A stretch of DNA of 64,000 nucleotides from Candidatus Fermentibacterota bacterium (GTDB lineage: Bacteria > Fermentibacterota > Fermentibacteria > Fermentibacterales > JCC-6), in NCBI GenBank assembly GCA_963845085.1, contig CAWJQI010000004.1, positions 160,001 to 224,000 on the forward strand, written 5' to 3'. Shown here piece by piece: positions 17,813-26,973 of this stretch; the stretch's first letter is position 1, and each line of letters starts with the position of its first letter. The position numbers and the translations under genes are program-made. The notes beneath the pieces are model-generated. The model was not told the origin of the DNA. It ran no database searches and saw only the letters and a list, made by a program, of their open reading frames with translations.

Positions 17813-18319
17813 TCAGGCCTGCTTCTTCTTTTTTCGAACGCCCGTGACCCTTTTTTCGATCATAAGCCTGGCGCCCTGGAACTCGATGTTGTTCACAAGC
17901 GACAGCTCACCGGCAAGAACACCAATGGCTTCGGTGAATACCCTTTTCTCGGAGGGGTTCATCTTGCTTATCGATGATCTTGCAAGCACATCGCGTACCG
18001 CCGTGGCAATCATGCTGGGGTCGCCGGAATGAACTCTCTCGCGCAGCACCTCGATGCGCCTGCGCCAGTCGCGGGGAAGATCCTCCGCCGTATTGCCAAG
18101 AACAGTGAGGGCTTCATCCATGTCTTCGTTTGAGCAGACCCGTCTTAGACCGGATTCCTGTATGCTGTCGAAGGGAAGGAGTATGCCGGCCCTGCCCGCC
18201 ACAAGACGGATCACAATGCAATCAACCATGTCGCCGGAAATGTCCTTCCGGCATATCTCGGTAACAACCCCTGCGCCGTGAAGAGGGTGAACCACTTTGT
18301 CATGCAGATCAAAATTCAT
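17813..18319 (-). CDS. carD: CarD family transcriptional regulator
   Basis: MNFDLHDKVVHPLHGAGVV; conserved Trp in DWRRR; GGAGG RBS before ATG 18319. Confidence 0.92.
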   Translation of the reverse strand: MNFDLHDKVVHPLHGAGVVTEICRKDISGDMVDCIVIRLVAGRAGILLPFDSIQESGLRRVCSNEDMDEALTVLGNTAEDLPRDWRRRIEVLRERVHSGDPSMIATAVRDVLARSSISKMNPSEKRVFTEAIGVLAGELSLVNNIEFQGARLMIEKRVTGVRKKKKQA

Positions 18320-18359
18320 AAGCAACGGATGCCTCCAAAGCTTCTGACTTGTAGCGGCA

Positions 18360-18388
18360 AGCATAACATGTAGATACGGGTTTGTCAA
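18360..18388 (-). promoter_or_regulatory. Near-consensus sigma70 promoter for carD-hflX
   Basis: TTGACA-N17-TATGCT with TG extended -10. Confidence 0.75.
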
Positions 18389-18394
18389 CCGGCT

Positions 18395-20056
18395 TCAGGG
18401 GGATCCCAGAAGAACGTGGATATCCGGCACGGGAACCCCTGATGCAGGGCCCTGAACAGCTGCAGGAAGCGCCTGGAAAACACCCCTCAGGGCTTCCTCG
18501 AGTTGCGGCCCGCAGGTCGATCCCGGCCTGTAGATGAACATGGTGTTCTCAAGGTTCGCCGGTATGCCGATCTCATCGCTCTGCCTGTCCCCGTCGCGGA
18601 TGTCGCTGACGCTCAGCACCCACTGCACGCCGTCAATGGTGATCGCCTTTCCGGACAGCTTTGAAGCCATCCAGGATGCCGCTCCCATTCCCTCGAGAGT
18701 GTACTGGATGCCATGATTGGCAATGTCGATGAAAAGAGTGTCGAGCGGGCCGGTCGGGGTGCTGAGACGGGATTGGTTCAAACCGGGATGATACAGGTCG
18801 GTCCCGAGCAGAATGGTCACATCGGTCGGCCTTACGGTCATGGAGGAATCGAGGGAGGCGAACCGCTGCGCAGCCGGATAGAAGACGGACCCGGTCAGGC
18901 TTGTTTCGGGGCTTTCCCTTCTCACAAGCACAAGGCTTGTCCTGCGACGCGTAACCCCTCTCGCCGGATAGACGAAAGAGTAGGCCGATGCCGGACCGGC
19001 ACGGAATTCCGTCTCCCTGCCATCCGTGTCGGTCCCGTTGCTCACCCAGATGACTGCATTGTCGTCGGGTGAGGTTTCGGTGGAATCAACAGCGGGAGGA
19101 AGGGAGTCGGGCGCCGCGGAAATGGAGCTGTCGGGCGGAACGGTCTGGAATTCGGTACCGGTGTCTTCGGTTTCGGCCCGGTCCCTCCCGCTCCAGGGAT
19201 GGAGGATCATCAGAAGAACAACAAGAAGGACAAGTATACAGCCGGGGATGATGAGTTTGAAGAGAGCGGGCTTCTGTCTTTTCCTTCCCTTCCGGGCAGC
19301 TCCGGCGGAATTCTCCCTCTTGAACGCAGGCTGTCTGATCACGGCCCCTGCAGCAGCCGGCTGATCCGGCACCTGAAGGGGTGCAAGAAGCTTCGCTGCC
19401 TGAATGACGCCCGACGGCCTCTGCATAGGATCCTGCTCGAGCAGGCTTGACAGGTTGCGGATCGCAGCCGAGTCGAGATGGTTCCACGCCTCGACAAGGG
19501 TTTCGCGGTCGTCATTCCCGGCAATCAGCCGCAGGTACAGGGTTCCGAGCGAGAACACATCGCTTCTGGGGTCGGATGGCCTTCTTCCGACGGTTTCCGG
19601 CGGGGTGAACGGGTTGGACGGCAACCCCCTCCGACCTGCAAGCACTATCACTCTGCCGTCGGATTCACGCAGCATGTTCTCCGGACCGACGTAACCTGCG
19701 ATCAGGCCGGATGCCTGCAGCCCCGCAAGCGCGTCGGCAGCCCTTGCTATGATTTCCGAGGCTTCACCCGGGTTGAAGGGCCTGTCATGAAGGTCTTCGC
19801 ACAAAAACCTTGCGGTGCCTGTCTCGAAGACAAGCAGGCGGAGTTCACCGGGAAGATTTCTGGCTTCCATGGGTGGAACGAGATGCGGAGAGGATGGCCA
19901 GGAGTGTATGTAACCAGCCCCGGCCGGGGTGATCTCGACGACTATGCGCCTCTCGCCCCTCTTTGCACGGGCGAGGAAGTAGTTCCTTTCCTCATGAAGC
20001 ACCGATTCGACAACGATGCCGCAAGCCCTGAGGGTTTCAGAATGCATGGCTTTCAA
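18395..20056 (-). CDS. Protein kinase-like (degenerate) membrane protein with C-terminal LytR_C-like domains
   Basis: Kinase remnants (GPENML, FTPPE, SDVFSLG, DPMQRP); one TM helix; two VxNG...DV/IxxLLG repeats. Confidence 0.7.
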   Translation of the reverse strand: MKAMHSETLRACGIVVESVLHEERNYFLARAKRGERRIVVEITPAGAGYIHSWPSSPHLVPPMEARNLPGELRLLVFETGTARFLCEDLHDRPFNPGEASEIIARAADALAGLQASGLIAGYVGPENMLRESDGRVIVLAGRRGLPSNPFTPPETVGRRPSDPRSDVFSLGTLYLRLIAGNDDRETLVEAWNHLDSAAIRNLSSLLEQDPMQRPSGVIQAAKLLAPLQVPDQPAAAGAVIRQPAFKRENSAGAARKGRKRQKPALFKLIIPGCILVLLVVLLMILHPWSGRDRAETEDTGTEFQTVPPDSSISAAPDSLPPAVDSTETSPDDNAVIWVSNGTDTDGRETEFRAGPASAYSFVYPARGVTRRRTSLVLVRRESPETSLTGSVFYPAAQRFASLDSSMTVRPTDVTILLGTDLYHPGLNQSRLSTPTGPLDTLFIDIANHGIQYTLEGMGAASWMASKLSGKAITIDGVQWVLSVSDIRDGDRQSDEIGIPANLENTMFIYRPGSTCGPQLEEALRGVFQALPAAVQGPASGVPVPDIHVLLGSP

Positions 20057-21506
20057 GGGTGTAGTTGGGGGCTTCCTTCGTGATCATTACATCGTGGGCG
20101 TGACTTTCCTTGAGGCCTGCGCTGGTGATTCTGACGAACCTGCCCTTTGTCCGCAGCTCTGAGACCTCGGCGGCGCCAACATAGCCCATTCCGGCGCGGA
20201 GCCCGCCCATGAGCTGAAAAAGAAAGTCGCTGAGGGGGCCCTTGAAGGGGACCATACCCTCGATTCCCTCGGGAACGAGCTTTTTGTCTTCCTTCTGGAA
20301 GTAGCGGTCCGCGCTGCCAAGCTTCATGGCCCCGAGCGAACCCATGCCCCTGTAGGACTTGAACCGTCTTCCCTTGTAGGTGATCGCTTCGCCCGGGCTT
20401 TCAGCCACGCCGGCGAAGAGGCTGCCGATCATAACTGCACTGGCGCCAGCGGCCAGCGCTTTGACAATATCACCAGAGTACTTGATGCCGCCGTCGGCGA
20501 TGACCATCGCATTTCGCTCGTACGCGGCCCTGGCACACTGGTGCACGGCGGTGATCTGGGGGCAGCCGACACCGGCCACAACCCTTGTCGTGCAGATGGA
20601 TCCGGGGCCGACACCGATCTTGACTATGTCAGCACCGGCATCGATCAGTGCTATGGTGCCCTCGGCGGTGACCACGTTGCCGGCGCAAAGCGGTAATCCC
20701 GGGTACGCGGCCCTTATTCGCCGGGTGGTCTCGATCACGCTGAAACTGTGTCCGTGGGAGGTGTCGATGAAAAGACAGTCAACCCCGGCTTCGACGAGGG
20801 CGGCCGCCCTTTCGAGCGCAGGGTCGCCCACGCTGACAGCGGCTGCCACTCTGAGGCTTCCGCGGGCGTCTTTGTTGGCATCGGGATGGCTCTGGGCCTT
20901 GATGATATCTTTCACCGTGATGAGCCCGACCACCCTTCCCTCGCCGTCAACAAGGGGAAGCTTCTCAAGCCTGTGCTTGCGGAGGAGGAGGAGCGCCTTC
21001 TCCACTCCCGTCTTCTCGGGGGCCGTGATAAGTGATTCAAGGGGCGTCATCAGCTGGCTGACCGGCTTCGAACCGTCCTCCTCGAACTGATAGTCACGGT
21101 GTGTAAGCATTCCTGCGAGCCGCCCCTCGGACAGCACCGGAAAGCCCGACACCCCGGTTTTCTCTGCAAGGCTGACGGCGTCGGCCACCGTTGAAACGAT
21201 GTCAAGCGTTATCGGATCAACGATCACACCGCTTTCGGCGCGTTTCACCTGCCGCACCTTCATGGCCTGCTCGTCAATGGAAAGGTTTTTGTGAATAACG
21301 CCCATCCCGCCCAACTGGGCGAGGGCGATCGCCATTGTGCTCTCTGTTACGGTGTCCATGGCGGCACTGAGCACGGGTATGTTCAGTGTTATCCCACGGC
21401 AGAGGCAGGTCTTCAGGCTTGTCTGCGATGGCAGGACAGAGGAGGGACCGGGGAGAAGGAGGACATCATCGAATGTCAGCGCCGTTTCCGCATCAATCGG
21501 GTTCAT
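20037..21506 (-). CDS. guaB: Inosine-5'-monophosphate dehydrogenase
   Basis: ALTFDDVLL, SAAMDTVT, CBS pair, GPGSICTTR, YRGMGS; start trimmed to ATG 21506. Confidence 0.97.
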   Translation of the reverse strand: MNPIDAETALTFDDVLLLPGPSSVLPSQTSLKTCLCRGITLNIPVLSAAMDTVTESTMAIALAQLGGMGVIHKNLSIDEQAMKVRQVKRAESGVIVDPITLDIVSTVADAVSLAEKTGVSGFPVLSEGRLAGMLTHRDYQFEEDGSKPVSQLMTPLESLITAPEKTGVEKALLLLRKHRLEKLPLVDGEGRVVGLITVKDIIKAQSHPDANKDARGSLRVAAAVSVGDPALERAAALVEAGVDCLFIDTSHGHSFSVIETTRRIRAAYPGLPLCAGNVVTAEGTIALIDAGADIVKIGVGPGSICTTRVVAGVGCPQITAVHQCARAAYERNAMVIADGGIKYSGDIVKALAAGASAVMIGSLFAGVAESPGEAITYKGRRFKSYRGMGSLGAMKLGSADRYFQKEDKKLVPEGIEGMVPFKGPLSDFLFQLMGGLRAGMGYVGAAEVSELRTKGRFVRITSAGLKESHAHDVMITKEAPNYTLESHAF

Positions 21507-21528
21507 ATCGACTCCAGGGGGGTTTCGC

Positions 21529-21882
21529 CTATTCCGCCCAGTACATGATTCTGCTGCATGTGGGGCATGTATTGATCCTGTCGTTTCTTTCGGGATCGGA
21601 ACACATGGCGGTCGGAAGTCGGGTAAGGCATCCCGTACACCTGCACGATACCGCGGGCACAACTGCATTCCCGTAGTGCTTCGTAAGCTGGCTGTATAGC
21701 CCCAGCCATTTCTTGTTGATGTTCCTGACGTAATCCACCCTGAGGGAGAGAAGTTCCTCCCTTGCCTTGTCAGGGCTCAGACCCATCATTTTCTCCCTGT
21801 CAAGAATATCCTTTCTATCAAGGTCAGCGATCATCACGTCAAGATCGTGAAGACCGATGAGTCTTTCCAGATCAAGGTTCAT
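21529..21882 (-). CDS. C4-type zinc ribbon domain protein (short DUF164-like)
   Basis: LERLIGLHDLD N-terminus; CTGC...CPTCSRIMY. Confidence 0.8.
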   Translation of the reverse strand: MNLDLERLIGLHDLDVMIADLDRKDILDREKMMGLSPDKAREELLSLRVDYVRNINKKWLGLYSQLTKHYGNAVVPAVSCRCTGCLTRLPTAMCSDPERNDRINTCPTCSRIMYWAE

Positions 21883-22333
21883 CAACACCTCCAAGTATGG
21901 GTTCCATGCCCAGCAAGTCCAGCAGGGATTCGGTGCTGGAAGCGTTCATGACTGCGTCAGTGGATTTTCTGATTCGGGAGGCAACATGGCTGATGAAAGC
22001 CAGATGTTCATGGGGGCCATCGGGTTTGACCGGTGAAATGAACATTATCATTATCCTGACCCGGTCTTCGGGCCATGGAATACCGGAAGCACTTCTGCCG
22101 ACAACCACGGTCAGATCATCCACAAGGATACTTCGACAATGCGGGATCGAAATACCTGGAACGATCGCCGTGGGACCGGCTTGTTCCCTCATTTCGAGGG
22201 CGCCGTGAATCAGCTTGCGGGAATTCCTGTTGATGGGAATGATATCGAGAAGCTCCTCGAGAGCATCACTGCGTGAGACGGCCTTCAGATCAAAAATGCA
22301 GTAAGCTGAATACTTCAATTTTGAACCTTCCAT
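21872..22333 (-). CDS. PTS EIIA-domain protein (PtsN/fructose type)
   Basis: REQAGPTAIVPGISIPHCR with phospho-His; GRSASGIPW. Confidence 0.85.
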   Translation of the reverse strand: MEGSKLKYSAYCIFDLKAVSRSDALEELLDIIPINRNSRKLIHGALEMREQAGPTAIVPGISIPHCRSILVDDLTVVVGRSASGIPWPEDRVRIMIMFISPVKPDGPHEHLAFISHVASRIRKSTDAVMNASSTESLLDLLGMEPILGGVDEP

Positions 22334-22403
22334 TTTCTCTCCCGAATCTAATAGAATTACCCATGTTAGACAGTGTACTCCCGCACCATGTTTGGATTAA
22401 GAT

Positions 22404-24920
22404 ATGAAAGGACTCCCATCTTCTGCAACTCCTTTTCTTCTCCCGGAATCTACGGCATGGTCCGTTGTTTCCAAAACAAACCAACCGATTTCCTTTTCCG
22501 TTGAATGGCAGCGACTTGCATCCCACTGCGGCGTCGACCCCGACGAGTTCTGCGCCCTTTTCAGCGCGACCGCATTTGGAAGATGGCCCTGTTCGGTCGG
22601 TGGCAGACTCCTGGAAGTCACGGTGGCTTCCCTCGATACTGAAATAAATCTCATCACCGCCCTCGAGCTGACGCCAAATGACGTCACCGCCCTTCTCTCC
22701 ACGACAAGGGGCGAACGAAAGACCCTTCTCTGCTCCTCATCCGGAAGGCTTATCGCCCTCTCTGCAAACGTGTCGCTTGAAACCGGATCATCAGTTAAAA
22801 CCCTTCAGTCGCTCTTCGAGCCGGGGTCACGGCCCGCCATCCAGGCGGGGCTTTCAAAGTGCGCCGCGGAGGGCAGGGTTGATGAGTTTCTGGTGAGCAG
22901 CATCGCCGATCACGGCATGAGGGAAAACTGGATACTCTCGCTGGAAAATGTTCCCGCCCCTGGAAGGCTTGTTTTCGGAAGCCTTTCCTCGCCTTCCCTT
23001 GCCATGGTGAACACCGGGGGAACCGCCGATTCGCTGTTTGACACAATCATCGAAGAGAATCCTTCCCCCACGCTGGTCCTGGACAAGACGGGAGTGATAA
23101 CCAAGCTCAACGAGGCTGCCCGGAAGCTGGCACTTGGGCTCTACGGAAAGGCCGAGATCCAGGGAACCTTCTTCTGGAAGTGGGTCTCCGAGGAGTACAG
23201 GGAAGAGGCGAAGGCGAATCACGACAAGCGGGTGAGGGGATACTACGCTCCAAGCAGGTATACGCTGAGCCTCAAGCCGGACTCGCTTGACAAATCGCCT
23301 TTGATCGAGATCTGCGTCTTCCCCCTCGCCGAGGGAGGGGATTCGGTGGTCTTCCTCTCGAAAAGGCTTGACTCCCCCTCCGTATGCGTGTTCCCCGAAG
23401 CCGATGCGGCGCTGTTCGAGGGTTCAACAACCGACACAGACCGGCTGATCCGCATACTGAGGACGGGCACGGGAGCTGACTCCGTTGCGCTCCTGCTGCC
23501 TGGACAGACCATAACCTCGGGCGAGGCGGACCAACTGCTCGACAACATGCCGCTTGATCCAGAGGCAAGGGTCTGGGTCGAGCTCAAGGGGACATGGTGC
23601 CTTTTCCAGCCCGTCTCAGGCGGCGGCTGGCATGGAACGGTCGCCCTCGGCGGACTGCAGAGCAACGAGCTTCGCCCCTGCGGCGAGCTCGCACTGAGAA
23701 TCGTTGCTGGGCTTTCCTGCCTCAACGCGCCCCAGGGGGACCAGGGCCGCACAAGAACCATTCTCGAAAAAATTTCACGAGTCGTCGGGCACGCTAAAAA
23801 GGCCAGGGAGGAGGGGTTCGACAGAACCCTCCGTGAACTCGCTTCCATCTGCAATGCGGACAGGGCTGTGAAGGCCGAGGTCAGCTCGGACGGCACCATG
23901 CTCATGCCCGTCGTGACAGCGGGCATCCAGGGAACCCTTCCGGGTATTTCACTCGGTTCGGACAGCATCATGGCCTGGGTGTGCGTTCACGGCAAGAGCG
24001 CGTTCCTCGCCGACCCGATCCAGGACGTGAGAATGTCCGCTGCATTCCCCGACTCCGGCAGCGAGATCGCGGTACCCATCATCACGGACGACATCGTAAC
24101 GGGTGTAGTCCTCCTGGCCACATCAACACCGGAGGGGTTCGACGGGGAAGCCATGGCACTTCTCGAGACCGGTGCAGAGATTATCTCCGCCCTCGAGGCG
24201 ACACCCCGCGCAGACGCTCGGGAAACCGGCCCGTTCAGGGGTCTCGACAAGCTTCCGGAAGCGCTGGTCCAGGAGATGGAGAACGAACTCACCGCCTCAT
24301 CGGCCGTTGTTCTTTCGGCATCCCGTCAACTCTCCGTGCTGAAGAATGGTGACGGGGCCGACCCGAAGCTCCTTGGTTTTCTCGATGAAGCGGCCGGAAG
24401 GATCGCCTCTTCAACACCGGTCATCGTGGGGTGGCTCAAGGCCGCTGCCTTCGGAGGCAAACCGGACATGCAATGGTCGGATCCCTACGAGATCGCACTC
24501 GACCTGGTCACAGGATGGAGGACGCATTCCAAAAACCCCCTCGTCCCGTACAATCTAATGGAACCGTCCCCCAGGTTCGTTGCATGTTTTGATCCATCAT
24601 GGCTTTACGTAACCATCAACAGCCTGGTGCGCGTCGCCACGGAGCATACCGGGGCGGGCGATTCGGTTGATATCTCCTTCTCCACCGGAAGCGGCTTCTG
24701 GTCGGTCCAGGTGGAGAACAGCGGCAAGGGCATTCCGGCAGCCGACCTGCCCTCACTCTTCAAAAACAGCGCCGAATCGGGAGGCACATCCGGCCACACC
24801 GGCACCGGGCTTGACCTTCCGCTCGCGAAGAAATTCACCGAAGCGATGGGTGGGACAATAACCGTCTTCTCTTCAAGGGACCGGGGAACCCGGTTCACCC
24901 TTAAATTCAGGACGACATGA
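22404..24920 (+). CDS. PAS/GAF sensor protein with HATPase-like C-terminus (degenerate histidine kinase)
   Basis: PAS (IIEENPSPTLVLDKTG), GAF (SEIAVPI), G-boxes (NSGKGIP, GTGLDL, MGGTI...GTRF). Confidence 0.8.
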   Translation: MKGLPSSATPFLLPESTAWSVVSKTNQPISFSVEWQRLASHCGVDPDEFCALFSATAFGRWPCSVGGRLLEVTVASLDTEINLITALELTPNDVTALLSTTRGERKTLLCSSSGRLIALSANVSLETGSSVKTLQSLFEPGSRPAIQAGLSKCAAEGRVDEFLVSSIADHGMRENWILSLENVPAPGRLVFGSLSSPSLAMVNTGGTADSLFDTIIEENPSPTLVLDKTGVITKLNEAARKLALGLYGKAEIQGTFFWKWVSEEYREEAKANHDKRVRGYYAPSRYTLSLKPDSLDKSPLIEICVFPLAEGGDSVVFLSKRLDSPSVCVFPEADAALFEGSTTDTDRLIRILRTGTGADSVALLLPGQTITSGEADQLLDNMPLDPEARVWVELKGTWCLFQPVSGGGWHGTVALGGLQSNELRPCGELALRIVAGLSCLNAPQGDQGRTRTILEKISRVVGHAKKAREEGFDRTLRELASICNADRAVKAEVSSDGTMLMPVVTAGIQGTLPGISLGSDSIMAWVCVHGKSAFLADPIQDVRMSAAFPDSGSEIAVPIITDDIVTGVVLLATSTPEGFDGEAMALLETGAEIISALEATPRADARETGPFRGLDKLPEALVQEMENELTASSAVVLSASRQLSVLKNGDGADPKLLGFLDEAAGRIASSTPVIVGWLKAAAFGGKPDMQWSDPYEIALDLVTGWRTHSKNPLVPYNLMEPSPRFVACFDPSWLYVTINSLVRVATEHTGAGDSVDISFSTGSGFWSVQVENSGKGIPAADLPSLFKNSAESGGTSGHTGTGLDLPLAKKFTEAMGGTITVFSSRDRGTRFTLKFRTT

Positions 24921-24936
24921 AAACCGGAGGCGGGAT

Positions 24937-25965
24937 CTGGAACTGACAAGGGACCACCTCCGCTATCACCTTCCGGAAGAGCTGATAGCGCAGGTTCCGA
25001 CCCCGATCAGGGGAGCATCGCGCCTGATGGTGCTTGACCGCCTGTCGGGAACATCGGGGGACAGGGTTTTCAATGATCTCCCGGGATTTCTTCACCCCGG
25101 GGATTGTCTTGTGCTCAATGACACAAGGGTATTCCCGGCGCGTATCAGCGCTTCGAGAAACGACACGGGAGGCAGGGCTGAGCTGTTCCTGCTGAGACAG
25201 CTCTCCGATACCGACTGGAAGGTGCTTCTAAGACCGGGCAAATACTGCAGGCCCGGTATCGGGTTCAACCTCGACAAGGGATTCACTGCGAGGGTCGAAT
25301 CTGGGCTGGGCAACGGACGCGCCATAGTCAGCTTCGGCCCCCGGAACAACGCTGGCGCCCTGGTCAGGGAGATCGGCAATGTGCCCCTCCCGCCATACAT
25401 AAAGAGGGCGCCGGACCGGATCGATACCGAACGCTACCAGACCGTGTATGCGCGAAGCGAAGGGGCTGTGGCAGCCCCGACGGCAGGGCTGCATTTTACG
25501 ATGGAAATGCTTTCAGCACTTCTGAATGCTGGTGTAGCGAGCTGCACCGTGACCCTCAACGTTGGTCCGGGCACATTCGAACCTCTCCGCGAGGAGCGCC
25601 TCCGCGACAACACGCTTGATTCGGAGGATTACGCTGTGCCCGCAGAAACGCTGGAGCGGCTGAAAAAGACAAGGGAAGGCGGCGGCAGGATCGTCGCCGT
25701 GGGCACAACGGCGGCAAGGGTCCTCGAAAGCATCGACATCGCAGGGCCGGGTCCGCTGTCGGGAGAGACTTCTCTCTTCATATTCCCCCCGTATCGGTTC
25801 AGGAACGTCGATGCTCTGATAACGAATTTCCACCTTCCCGGAAGCTCGCTCATCGCACTGGTGGCGGCCTTCGCAGGGCTTGAACAGGTGATGGCCGCAT
25901 ACCGGCGGGCAGTCGGGCTCGGCTACCGGTTCTACAGCTATGGCGATGCGATGCTGGTTACCTGA
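24937..25965 (+). CDS. queA: S-adenosylmethionine:tRNA ribosyltransferase-isomerase
   Basis: YHLPEELIAQ, LNDTRVFPAR, PLPPYIKR, RYQTVYA, AAPTAGLHF, YSYGDAML; homology extends upstream of ATG 25027 to CTG 24937. Confidence 0.95.
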   Translation: MELTRDHLRYHLPEELIAQVPTPIRGASRLMVLDRLSGTSGDRVFNDLPGFLHPGDCLVLNDTRVFPARISASRNDTGGRAELFLLRQLSDTDWKVLLRPGKYCRPGIGFNLDKGFTARVESGLGNGRAIVSFGPRNNAGALVREIGNVPLPPYIKRAPDRIDTERYQTVYARSEGAVAAPTAGLHFTMEMLSALLNAGVASCTVTLNVGPGTFEPLREERLRDNTLDSEDYAVPAETLERLKKTREGGGRIVAVGTTAARVLESIDIAGPGPLSGETSLFIFPPYRFRNVDALITNFHLPGSSLIALVAAFAGLEQVMAAYRRAVGLGYRFYSYGDAMLVT

Positions 25966-26013
25966 GAGGAATGCACCATCAAAAGCGGAAGAAACAGGCC
26001 AAAAGCTGAACGG

Positions 26014-26973
26014 GTGCTGGCGCTCGCAGGTCTTGAGACGCTGCTCGTACTCTCATGGACGATCCTCGGAGCCTCACTGCTCGCACTTCTCTGGTCCGGA
26101 TGGTACCTGGCGCTTCCCGTGTTCTATTTCGTGGCTCTCAGCCTCACGGCGGCCGTGGAGTACAACTCCCGGCAGAGCCCGGCAACCGCCCTGGGCGTAA
26201 CAATACATGGCGAGCGGACATACGGGGTCAAACTGCTCCGGATAGGTCTGACGCCTCCTCTTCTCCTTCTGGGAATGGTGGGGTATCTCCGGTGTTTCAA
26301 GGGGGGGCTCTCGCTTCCCGAGGCGATCTCAGGTGCGGACTTCCGCGAACTCGACCTGCAGCTCGACCCGCGTCCCAGGGCAATAGTCATGGCCGGAAGA
26401 AAGGTCGCCAAGCGATGGGTCACGGCCTACACGGCAAGTGCGATACTGGGATCGGCAGTGGTGTTCTTTCTGGCCAATCCGCTTGTGATCGACGTCAATA
26501 CGGCTGACAACCCAAGTCAGTTCTCCAGAATGAGTGAATCGGACCGTGAACTGCTTGTCACCTACCTAGAACTGACTGCGCTTCACCCCGACGAGCTCGA
26601 GTACCACGTCAGGCTTGCCAGCCTCTACCACCGCAACAACATGAATTCCGACCTGCAGGTCCAGCTCGATGAGATAAGGCGCCTGAACCCCGAGCATGCG
26701 CTGCTTGTTCTCGGCGACACCTCGAGCGTAACCCTCGACAGCCTTCTTGTTGCACGGGAGGACAGCCTGCTTCCCGACACACTGATGCTCCCTGTCGATC
26801 CAGATTCATCCCAGGCTCTGCAGGATTCGACAGCTGGGCAGAGCCCCGGCGCTGCCGGGCAGACAGGCGCCGTCCAGATGCCTGCCGGTAGTGTTGAACC
26901 CGCGCCCGGACACGCTGAACCAGCCTCACCCATTGATGATGAACCACAATCCGTTCAGCCTGACAGCCTCTGA
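26014..26973 (+). CDS. Membrane protein (RDD-like N-terminus, TPR-like periplasmic part)
   Basis: Several TM helices; short TPR-like segment (YLELTALHP...LASLY); acidic Pro-rich tail; start uncertain. Confidence 0.6.
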   Translation: MLALAGLETLLVLSWTILGASLLALLWSGWYLALPVFYFVALSLTAAVEYNSRQSPATALGVTIHGERTYGVKLLRIGLTPPLLLLGMVGYLRCFKGGLSLPEAISGADFRELDLQLDPRPRAIVMAGRKVAKRWVTAYTASAILGSAVVFFLANPLVIDVNTADNPSQFSRMSESDRELLVTYLELTALHPDELEYHVRLASLYHRNNMNSDLQVQLDEIRRLNPEHALLVLGDTSSVTLDSLLVAREDSLLPDTLMLPVDPDSSQALQDSTAGQSPGAAGQTGAVQMPAGSVEPAPGHAEPASPIDDEPQSVQPDSL

